This document shows positions 18,594 through 25,926 of a stretch of 32,000 nucleotides of DNA, in pieces. Position numbers and translations under genes: made by a program. Source of the DNA: Corynebacterium amycolatum (GTDB taxonomy: Bacteria > Actinomycetota > Actinomycetes > Mycobacteriales > Mycobacteriaceae). The stretch's first letter is position 1. Every line of letters begins with the position of its first letter. The notes under the pieces were generated by a model. That model saw only the letters and a list, made by a program, of their open reading frames with translations. It had not been told where the DNA came from and made no database searches. Location: the NCBI RefSeq assembly GCF_049243625.1, contig NZ_CP046975.1. One strand, given 5' to 3'.

Positions 18594-19352
18594 ATGAACG
18601 CCTCATCAGCTGCCACTCGCACAACACGACGCGCCCTGCTTGCCGATGCCCGTCTGTACCTCTGCACCGACTCGCGTGCATCCCGCGGTGATCTGCGCGA
18701 ATTTCTGCACGCCTGTTACGAAGGCGGCACCGACATCATCCAGCTGCGCGACAAGAAAGTCGACACTCGCGACGAGATTGCCGCCGTGGAGATCCTCGCC
18801 GAGGTCGCCGCTGAACACGGCAAGCTCTTCGCCGTCAATGACCGCGCCGACATTGCCGCGCTGACCGGCGCAGACATTCTGCATGTGGGCCAGGAAGACC
18901 TCACGACCGAGCAGGCCCGCCAGATCGTTGGCCCCGAGGTTCTCATCGGCCGATCCAACCGAAATCTGGACATGTTCGCCGCCTCACTTGCCGACGATGG
19001 CATCGATTACGCGGTAATCGGCCCGGTGTATGCCACCCCGACGAAGCCCGACCGTCAGCCCGTCGGAGTCGAGATGGTTCATGAAGCTGCGGCACTGGTG
19101 CGGAGAGTGCGGGCACAGGGATCAGCGGAGTCCCACCAGGATTCCGTGGCCGATATTGTGCGCCCACACGACCGCGGCGCAAGTGACCCCGTCAAGCCAT
19201 GGTGGGCAATTGGCGGTATCAACGCCGAGACCGCCAATGCGGTTATCGCCGCTGGTGCGGAGCGCATTGTGGTGGTTCGCGCACTGACCGAGGCAGAAAA
19301 TCCGGAAGAGGCAGCTCGTGCCCTGCGCGCTGCGGTTACGAACGGTCGCTGA
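18594..19352 (+). CDS. thiE: thiamine-phosphate synthase
   Basis: Motifs LYLCTD, DIIQLRDK, IGPVYATPTKP and WWAIGGIN. Divergent from thiO. TAACAT lies 6 nt upstream of the ATG and there is no SD, so the mRNA may be leaderless. Confidence 0.85.
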   Translation: MNASSAATRTTRRALLADARLYLCTDSRASRGDLREFLHACYEGGTDIIQLRDKKVDTRDEIAAVEILAEVAAEHGKLFAVNDRADIAALTGADILHVGQEDLTTEQARQIVGPEVLIGRSNRNLDMFAASLADDGIDYAVIGPVYATPTKPDRQPVGVEMVHEAAALVRRVRAQGSAESHQDSVADIVRPHDRGASDPVKPWWAIGGINAETANAVIAAGAERIVVVRALTEAENPEEAARALRAAVTNGR

Positions 19353-19370
19353 GTTTCGTGGGTTAAGTAG

Positions 19371-19552
19371 CAAAAGTGTGGGTTAATAGGCAAAAAGTGT
19401 GTCCGCTCGGCGTGTCGCTGGGTGGGCACCATGTGCTATCTAGCCCTACTTTGCCCCAATGCGAGTTAGTGACTGCGTTTATGACAAAATTGGCCCAAAA
19501 ATGGCCTGAAAGCGTCATAAACTCGCACAGTTTCACATTTGCAGCCCGTTGA
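19371..19552. repeat. MITE-like intergenic repeat element, copy B (inverted relative to copy A and truncated)
   Basis: The reverse complement of 19460-19552 aligns to 2775-2862 plus 2904-2910, with about 8 differences in about 95 positions by eye. The terminal motif is doubled: GGTTAAGTAGCAAAAGTGTG (19371-19390) and GGTTAATAGGCAAAAAGTGTGTC (19391-19413). The far end lacks the second terminal repeat. Confidence 0.6.
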
Positions 19553-19601
19553 GCTGGGCGTGGACCCCGCCTTTCCACACTGTTGGTCGTTGATTTCCAT
19601 C

Positions 19602-19634
19602 GCGACGGAGCCCCGCGTGCACGGACTCCGTCGC
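19602..19634 (-). terminator. stem-loop just downstream of the trkA-like gene (terminator-like, no clear U-tract)
   Basis: GCGACGGAG (19602-19610) pairs perfectly with CTCCGTCGC (19626-19634). It begins 7 nt past the stop at 19641. Confidence 0.4.
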
Positions 19635-19640
19635 TTCCTG

Positions 19641-20342
19641 TTACTCTCCGGCGAATGTCTCCAACTGCCGAATAGCGCCGGAGACAATCAGGAGATCACC
19701 TGCGGAAATGCGGTCGTCGGCAAGCGCAGGGCGGAATCGCTGACCGCGCTTTTGTACGGCGACAACCGTAATCGGTGCGCTCTGGTTAATCTCCGCCACC
19801 GTCTTATCCAGGCAGTGGATTGGCGGCGCGACCTTGCCTACTGCGTAATCGCGGTCGAACTCCAGGAAGTCCTGGACCTTGCCGCCGATGAGGTGCGCAA
19901 TACGACGACCGGTGTCGGCCTCCGGGCGAATGACGTGGTGCACACCAATCTGGCCCAGGATTTTGGCGTGGGCCTGGTTATCGGCCTTTGCCCAAATCAT
20001 GGGCGCCCCCATATCCACCAGCGCAGACGCGGTCAGCAATGAAGCCTCAATGTCACTGCCGATGGCGATAACAACACGTTCGGCTTCATCGACACCGAGC
20101 TGCTTCAGTACCTCCGGCATGGTGGTGTCGGCGGTGACCACGTGGTCGAAGGTCGAGGACAGCTCCTGAACCACCTTTTCGCGATGGTCTACGCAGAGAA
20201 CCTCGATACCGCCAGCGACCAGCTCCTCGCCGAGTGCCTGTCCGAAACGCCCCATACCGAGGATGACAACAGGCGAAGAGCTGGCTTGGTTGGAGAAATG
20301 ATCTGCAAAACCAGCAAACGGGTTGAATTTCGAGTTAGCCAA
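19641..20342 (-). CDS. TrkA/KtrA-type potassium uptake protein (RCK NAD-binding subunit)
   Basis: Rossmann motif VVILGMGRFGQALGEEL followed by an RCK_C-like C-terminus. My preferred start is TTG 20342, which overlaps the upstream TrkH-family stop by 8 nt (ATTGGCTAA) and gives 233 aa. ATG 20426 is the alternative. Confidence 0.75.
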   Translation of the reverse strand: MANSKFNPFAGFADHFSNQASSSPVVILGMGRFGQALGEELVAGGIEVLCVDHREKVVQELSSTFDHVVTADTTMPEVLKQLGVDEAERVVIAIGSDIEASLLTASALVDMGAPMIWAKADNQAHAKILGQIGVHHVIRPEADTGRRIAHLIGGKVQDFLEFDRDYAVGKVAPPIHCLDKTVAEINQSAPITVVAVQKRGQRFRPALADDRISAGDLLIVSGAIRQLETFAGE

Positions 20343-21765
20343 TGAAGGGCCTTTCTTCTGGATATTCGTAGACGCGCTGGCGTGGGCGGGCGGCCAAGGC
20401 CGTCGCCAAGGCGATTGGGCCAACACGTCCGGTGAACATCAGCACGATGAAGATTGCCTGTGCTGCCACCGGCAGGTCGGCGGTAATACCTGTGGAAAGG
20501 CCTACCGTGGCGAAAGCACTGATTACTTCAAAAAGAATTTGGTCAGTAGAAAACTGTGGTGCTAGGAAACTGACGGCGATTACTGCCAGGAATACCTGGC
20601 CGATACCGAAGGCAAGGACAACGAGAGCCTGGCGCAGCACCTTTGGGTTGAGGCGCCGCCTAGCCACGGACACGGAGGTGTCACCGCGAATCTCCGCGAG
20701 AACAGCGGCGAGAATGACTGCCGACGTCGTGATTTTCACGCCACCTGCAGTACCGCCGGTGCCACCACCAATGAACATGAGGAAGTCAGTGCCCAGCAGT
20801 GTCGATGGGTGGAACTCCGCGTAATCGAGCGCGTTGAACCCCGCGGTACGCGGGCTCACACCAGCGAAGAATGAGTTGAGTATCTTCTCCCCCGCGGTGA
20901 ATCCAGACATGGCATTGGACCACTCCCCAAAAGCCACCATGAGCGTACCCAAAGCAATCAGCAGAATCGTGCCTTTAATGGTGAAGCGAGTAGTCAGCGA
21001 CCAGCGTTTAGGCAGCTGTCCTCGAGTGCAGACACTAAGCCACGCTTTGCCGTGCCGCCAGGCCTCGAGCAAAACAGGAAAACCCAGACCACCCACGATG
21101 AGGGCGAAGGCCAGTGGCAAAAGCACCCAGGCATCGCTATAGAACCCGATGACATTGTCGGTATACAGAGCGAAACCGGCGTTGTTGAAGCTTGAGATGG
21201 CATGGAACAAGCCTTCCCATGCAGCCTTTCCCCAGCCATACCCGTATCCGGAGTGGAACCGCAGCGTAAGTGCCACTGCCACCACAAACTCCACCAACAG
21301 AGTGAAGCTAACGGCAGCACGGACAACCCACGAAATCTCGCCCATATCCATACCGCGGCCTTCAACGCGGGCACCGGCACGGCGGTTCAGGCCGAGCCTT
21401 CCTGCTACGAAGAGGCCGAAAAGTGAAGCCAAGGTCATGAACCCGAGACCACCCAGCTGAATCAACAACATGATGACGACCTTGCCGAAGGTTGACCAAT
21501 GGGTGGCCGTATCTACGGTGATCAGGCCGGTCAGGCTTGTTGCCGAGGTGGCTGTGAACAGCGCATCAGACAGCGCCGTGGGCAAACACATATCCCCAGG
21601 GCTCGGGGCGCACTGCCCCGTAGGATGGCTATTGACCGCCGAAATCGGCAGCATTAACAAAACCGTGCCAGCGGTTATCAAGGCGACATAACACCACACC
21701 ACCAACGTCGTGGGACGAACTCCCCGACGTGTTTTAGTGGCCTGCCGCGACAGCGTAATCACCAT
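20335..21765 (-). CDS. TrkH/KtrB family potassium transporter membrane subunit
   Basis: 476 aa, polytopic, with repeated pore-loop-like segments (TSLTGLITVDT, NNAGFALYTD, SPRTAGFNALD, FATVGLSTGIT) typical of the Trk/Ktr/HKT superfamily. Coupled to the RCK subunit gene downstream. Confidence 0.85.
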   Translation of the reverse strand: MVITLSRQATKTRRGVRPTTLVVWCYVALITAGTVLLMLPISAVNSHPTGQCAPSPGDMCLPTALSDALFTATSATSLTGLITVDTATHWSTFGKVVIMLLIQLGGLGFMTLASLFGLFVAGRLGLNRRAGARVEGRGMDMGEISWVVRAAVSFTLLVEFVVAVALTLRFHSGYGYGWGKAAWEGLFHAISSFNNAGFALYTDNVIGFYSDAWVLLPLAFALIVGGLGFPVLLEAWRHGKAWLSVCTRGQLPKRWSLTTRFTIKGTILLIALGTLMVAFGEWSNAMSGFTAGEKILNSFFAGVSPRTAGFNALDYAEFHPSTLLGTDFLMFIGGGTGGTAGGVKITTSAVILAAVLAEIRGDTSVSVARRRLNPKVLRQALVVLAFGIGQVFLAVIAVSFLAPQFSTDQILFEVISAFATVGLSTGITADLPVAAQAIFIVLMFTGRVGPIALATALAARPRQRVYEYPEERPFIG

Positions 21766-21952
21766 CGGAACGTTAGTCCTCGTGGCCAGCGATGTCGAGG
21801 GGAATGCTGATATTCCGTCTCTGCATATGCCGGGACTTAGCGGGGAGCTGCTTTACGCCCCCAGACACCGTTGCGATATCCCGTACACATTTCGCGCCCC
21901 ATCCCCGCCCCCACACCCCACCCCGCTTTGGCTACTACGGAAACCTTGAGTT

Positions 21953-22027
21953 ATGGTCAGATTCATGATGACACCCCTGATGAACACACTCGCGCCGTGC
22001 GGCGCACAGTGGTGGTGGCTCGCCTAA
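21953..22027 (+). CDS. trpL: tryptophan operon-type leader peptide (MVRFMMTPLMNTLAPCGAQWWWLA)
   Basis: Short ORF absent from the track because it is under 60 aa. Three consecutive TGG codons lie at 22010-22018, 2 codons before the stop TAA (22025-22027). An in-frame TGA at 21947 makes ATG 21953 the first possible start; ATG 21965/21968 are alternatives. It is followed by mutually exclusive hairpins and a terminator upstream of trpB. Confidence 0.6.
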   Translation: MVRFMMTPLMNTLAPCGAQWWWLA

Positions 22028-22083
22028 GTCCGCGAGCAACGTCACGTCATCTCATTAATGTCGACGGCAAACCCGTCAAGTAC

Positions 22084-22123
22084 GAGCTCGCAAGAAGATA
22101 AATCTGGCGGGCTCTTTTCTTTT
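22084..22123 (+). terminator. attenuator terminator (3:4 hairpin plus U-tract) upstream of trpB
   Basis: GAGCTCGC (22084-22091) pairs with GCGGGCTC (22107-22114), including one G-U pair. Three further inner pairs follow a 1x1 mismatch. TTTTCTTTT follows at 22115-22123. Segment 3 (GCTCGC, 22086-22091) is identical to segment 1 (22018-22023). Both are complementary to segment 2 (GCGAGC, 22032-22037). Confidence 0.65.
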
Positions 22124-22187
22124 ATCGGTTCGGCGAAGAGAACCAGGGCCCGCTGAAATAAACAACAGCAACGAAAGGCTCTCTTCA

Positions 22188-23513
22188 ATGACTGATTACA
22201 ACCCCAGCGCGGATGCCATCGCCAAGGCTTCAGCACCGACTGCAACCAGGGTGCCGTCGGCAAGCGTTAACGGCGCGGGCGAGGTGCGCGAAACCCTCTT
22301 GCCTGCATTTTTCGGTCGCTTCGGTGGACAGGAAGTGCCGGAGTTCCTGCTGCCAGCACTCGATGAGCTGGAAGCGGCTTACATCGAGGCGATGAGCGAT
22401 CCGGAGTTCCAGCGCGAGCTGGAAGAACTGCGTCGCGATTTCCTCGGCCGCGCAACCCCGCTGTTCGAATGCCGACGTCTATCCACGCCGAACACGACGA
22501 TTGTGCTCAAGCGCGAGGACTTGAACCACGGCGGCGCGCACAAGGGCAACAACGTGGTCGGCCAGGCGCTGCTGGCAAAGCGCATGGGAAAAACCCGTCT
22601 CATTGCTGAGACGGGTGCAGGCCAGCACGGCACGGCCACCGCGATGGCCGCAGCGCTGCTGGGACTTGAGTGCGAGATTTACATGGGCGCGCACGATGTC
22701 GCCCGCCAGCACCCCAATGTCGAGCGCATGGAGCTCATGGGCGCGAAGGTCGTTCCCGTCACCACCGGCGAGGCCGGTTTGAAGGATGCTATTGACGAGG
22801 CACTGGTCGAGTGGAGCAAGACTCTCGACTCCACTTTCTACCTGCTGGGCACAGCCGCCGGGCCGCACCCATTCCCCACTATCGTGCGTGAATTCCAGCA
22901 GGTCATCTCGGAGGAGTCACGCAGTCAGATGGTCGAGCGTTACGGCAAGCTTCCCGACGCTGTCATCGCAGCCGTCGGTGGCGGCTCCAACGCCATTGGC
23001 GCATTTGCTAACTACATCGACGACTCCGATGTCGCCCTCATTGGCGTCGAGCCTGCAGGTGAGGGACTCGACACCGATCGTCACGGGGCGCCCATCAATG
23101 GGGGCAAGACTGGTGTCCTTCACGGCATGCGCTCATTTGTCATGCTTTCCGACGACGGCGAGGTGTTGCCATCGCACTCCATCTCGGCGGGCTTGGATTA
23201 CCCGTCCGTTGGCCCGGAGCACGGCATGCTGAAGGAGAATGGCCGCGCCAGCTATGTCGGAATTACCGACGAGGAGGCGCTGGAAGCGTTCCAGCTGCTC
23301 AGCCGCATGGAGGGCATTATTCCGGCGATGGAATCCTCGCATGCGCTGGCGCAGGCCATTAAAATTACGCGACTCCGTGAAACCTACCCTGCCGCTGGTA
23401 GCGAGTTCGGGCTGCCGGTTCACGAAGGCGATGAGCCTTTGCTGTTGCTCGTGAACCTGTCGGGTCGCGGTGATAAGGATATGGAGCAGGTCCGGGAGTT
23501 CCTGAACCAGTAG
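22188..23513 (+). CDS. trpB: tryptophan synthase beta chain (canonical TrpB1 type), not adjacent to trpA
   Basis: 441 aa with [16 protein letters not shown], the PLP-lysine motif [46 protein letters not shown] and [14 protein letters not shown] lies 9 nt upstream of the ATG. Confidence 0.9.
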   Translation: MTDYNPSADAIAKASAPTATRVPSASVNGAGEVRETLLPAFFGRFGGQEVPEFLLPALDELEAAYIEAMSDPEFQRELEELRRDFLGRATPLFECRRLSTPNTTIVLKREDLNHGGAHKGNNVVGQALLAKRMGKTRLIAETGAGQHGTATAMAAALLGLECEIYMGAHDVARQHPNVERMELMGAKVVPVTTGEAGLKDAIDEALVEWSKTLDSTFYLLGTAAGPHPFPTIVREFQQVISEESRSQMVERYGKLPDAVIAAVGGGSNAIGAFANYIDDSDVALIGVEPAGEGLDTDRHGAPINGGKTGVLHGMRSFVMLSDDGEVLPSHSISAGLDYPSVGPEHGMLKENGRASYVGITDEEALEAFQLLSRMEGIIPAMESSHALAQAIKITRLRETYPAAGSEFGLPVHEGDEPLLLLVNLSGRGDKDMEQVREFLNQ

Positions 23514-23579
23514 GAATAACCAGTAGGGATTGCTTCCCCACTAGCTGCCTAGCAGGAATCGGACCAAAGCTAATTCTTG

Positions 23580-23735
23580 TTAGGCAGCACGGCGATCGTC
23601 AGCGGCGATGCCCTGCTTCGGGTTCGCCTCCACGATGGCTTCGGCAAGCAGCGATGCCAGCGCATCCTGCTTGGATTCCTTGCCGTCCTGGAAAATCGGG
23701 GACACAGTATCCATAATCTCGTTGAATGCGTTCAT
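23580..23735 (-). CDS. small hypothetical protein, 51 aa (MNAFNEIMDTVSPIFQDGKESKQDALASLLAEAIVEANPKQGIAADDRRAA)
   Basis: Not in the ORF track because it is under 60 aa. ATG at 23735 is preceded by AAGAGAGGTGACCTCTG, a GAGAGGTG SD at about 7-nt spacing. Third codon positions are mostly G/C, as in neighbouring genes. The listed + strand ORF 23577..23765 is its antisense shadow. I recognise no family. Confidence 0.5.
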   Translation of the reverse strand: MNAFNEIMDTVSPIFQDGKESKQDALASLLAEAIVEANPKQGIAADDRRAA

Positions 23736-24495
23736 CAGAGGTCACCTCTCTTAAGATCTCTTTGATCTTTATTGTTGGACTTCTCCAACCGATTCTTTGC
23801 GATTCAGCAGTTGAAACAATGTTTCATCGAACCGTTTGGAACTTATGACTTGCAACCGTAGACGACAACACAAGACCTGGCAAGCACTAAACTTTATTTT
23901 TAGTTAACCGTTTGTTAACTTTTGGACACTTTTTAGCTCAGACACTGAGCCACAAACAGTGCCCCTCAACGCCGCCCCATACCTCGCTTTACTGCCCTTG
24001 ATAACCGCTTCAAAATCACGCTCTTTTACACAGCCGAAAGCCAGGCGCGAAAGTCTCTTTTGGCCGAACATAAACTATCCCCACTGAAAGCGCTTGTAAC
24101 CATCGTTGAATGTGGATTACACACCACACTCAATCGTCACCCCGCGCACGAATAGCCACCAGCTTCCCAGGGGTCCACCCCAGCGCCAGTTAAAGAAAAA
24201 GAACCCACTGCCAGCATAAATAGCCCACCAACAGAGCTGCCGACCGCCGAAACCACTACCGTGAAGGCCATCCCACCCCTCTATCAACTCAACCCTAGCC
24301 TCGCTGGATGTGGCCGCAGCCACGAAGCCTTCAATCTGAGGCAGTTTTTCCGCCTTTACGGCGAACGAGCAGTCAGGAAAACAGAGCCCCAACGCCTCCC
24401 TCCCAAAACTGCCCCAACATCAGCCCAGCAAGCGGTTACCGGCACAGGATTTAAAGCAGCGATTCGTCCACCGAGCCCCTATCTCAACCGACCTC

Positions 24496-24516
24496 AAAAA
24501 CACCCCTGAAAGGGTG
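24496..24516 (-). terminator. rho-independent terminator after the aminotransferase gene
   Basis: The minus-strand RNA reads CACCC-UUUCAG-GGGUG followed by UUUUU (plus-strand A-run 24496-24500). It lies about 36 nt downstream of the stop at 24552. Confidence 0.6.
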
Positions 24517-24551
24517 AGGTAAATCACATCGCAAACGTCGCTAACGGCCGC

Positions 24552-25823
24552 TTAACCACGACCAGTGAACGCCCCAATACGCCGAATAGCCTCTTCCATC
24601 TCGGAAGTCTCACCGGCGAAGCAGAGGCGAACCCACTCATGGCCGTTCTCTGTGTCGAAGTCGATTCCAGGGGCAACGGCCACGCCCGTTGCAGCCAACA
24701 GTTCCCGAGCCCATGTCATGGAGTCGACGGAGTTCGGGTCGTCGTAAAGCCCTGCGATATTGGCATAGATATAGAAACCGCCGTCGGGCGGGGCGATATT
24801 ACCGAGACCGACGCGGGGCAGCCCCTCGAGCAAAACGTCGCGGTTGCGCGCGTAACGCCTCACGTGCGAATTGAGCTCGGCAATGGACTCGGCGCTGAAC
24901 GCCTCTACCGCCGCTTCCTGCGAAATTGCCGGTGGGCAGACAGTGAGGTTGGCTTCGAGTCGATCCAGGGGCGCACGCAGCCACTCTGGAACGATGAGCC
25001 AGCCGACGCGCCAGCCGGTCATCGAGAAGTACTTACTGACACTGCCGACTACGACCGCCGCATCAGAAAACTCGCGTGCTGACGCGCACTTTCGACCATA
25101 GGTAATGCCGTGATAAATCTCATCGGAGATGAGCAGGCAATCGTGCTGCTCGCACCACTTCGCAATGGCACGCAGCTCGTCGGCATCGATAATGGTGCCA
25201 GTGGGATTGTCCGGACTGGTGACGATCACGGCCTTGGGCACGCGCGGAAGTTCCTGCAGGTGTTGGACAGTGAGCTGAAAGCGGGTCTCGGGACCACAGT
25301 CAATCTCGACAATGTTGGCGCCGAGCGCCTGCAGAGTATTGCGGTATGCGGGATAGCCCGGGCGCGCGAGCACAATATCGTCGCCGACGTCGAGCGCTGC
25401 GAGGAAAAGTGCCACGAAACCGCCGGAAGAACCGGTGGTGATGACAACATCGGCAGCTTCCGTGGCCGTGCCGTAGTTTTCACGATGCCAGGCGGCGATG
25501 GTTTCGCGCAGCTCAGGCGTGCCGACGGCCGCAGTGTAGCCCAGAACCTGATTTTCCAAATCGGCACGAGCACGGGCAATCGCGGCAGCCGGGGCCGCAG
25601 TCGCGGGCTGCCCCACACAGAGGAACAGAGCGTCACCGTGAGTACGCTGACGCTCCTGTGCGAGCGCGAGAACATCCATCACATGGAAAGGTGCGACCTC
25701 ACTGCGGCGGGATGCTAGATCGCGCTCGGGCTGGGATGCCTGCGGAGGCCCCGAGAAGTTTAACGGCTGCGGTGATTGCGGTGACTGCAACGACTTTGGC
25801 GACTGCGGAGATTCGGCGTGCAT
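24552..25823 (-). CDS. class I/II pyridoxal-phosphate-dependent aminotransferase (aspartate/aromatic family)
   Basis: PLP-lysine motif SVSKYFSMTGWRVGW, N-terminal APFHVMDV, and DNPTG. The N-terminal extension is low-complexity (SPQSPKSLQSPQSPQP). No other canonical start lies before the conserved core. Confidence 0.85.
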   Translation of the reverse strand: MHAESPQSPKSLQSPQSPQPLNFSGPPQASQPERDLASRRSEVAPFHVMDVLALAQERQRTHGDALFLCVGQPATAAPAAAIARARADLENQVLGYTAAVGTPELRETIAAWHRENYGTATEAADVVITTGSSGGFVALFLAALDVGDDIVLARPGYPAYRNTLQALGANIVEIDCGPETRFQLTVQHLQELPRVPKAVIVTSPDNPTGTIIDADELRAIAKWCEQHDCLLISDEIYHGITYGRKCASAREFSDAAVVVGSVSKYFSMTGWRVGWLIVPEWLRAPLDRLEANLTVCPPAISQEAAVEAFSAESIAELNSHVRRYARNRDVLLEGLPRVGLGNIAPPDGGFYIYANIAGLYDDPNSVDSMTWARELLAATGVAVAPGIDFDTENGHEWVRLCFAGETSEMEEAIRRIGAFTGRG

Positions 25824-25926
25824 ACCTTCATCTTTGCAGCCACCGAGGCCCCCGGGAAATCCAATTCAGCCCGGGTGGGTGCACCAGTGAGGTATTCGAG
25901 TGCAGCCTGACCGCCTCGAGCATTAT

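Noticed and set aside
17230-18681. 483-aa version of the thiO ORF
   Set aside because: Its N-terminal 89 codons run through the TPP riboswitch and into the thiE promoter. The FAD motif, SD (GGAGGGAGGA) and ATG at 18414 define a normal 394-aa ThiO.
21766-21960. Possible c-di-AMP (ydaO-type) or other riboswitch upstream of the K+ transporter genes
   Set aside because: I read the minus strand and found only a G-rich tract and one imperfect hairpin, with none of the conserved motifs I remember for that class. This cannot be excluded without a covariance-model search.
21871-22101. 76-aa + ORF covering the trp leader region
   Set aside because: It is in a different frame from the WWW leader peptide. 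It spans the attenuator hairpins and has no SD. The attenuator interpretation explains the sequence better.
23506-23527. 9-bp direct repeat ACCAGTAGG x2 at the trpB stop
   Set aside because: Short, likely chance or a small slippage event. No associated structure.
24117-24392. 91-aa minus-strand ORF after a GGGAGGGAGG motif
   Set aside because: TTG start only 2 nt from the SD-like run. Trp/Gly-rich composition follows from the G-rich strand. It uses several rare codons and has no recognisable domain. Kept only as part of the unexplained-region finding.
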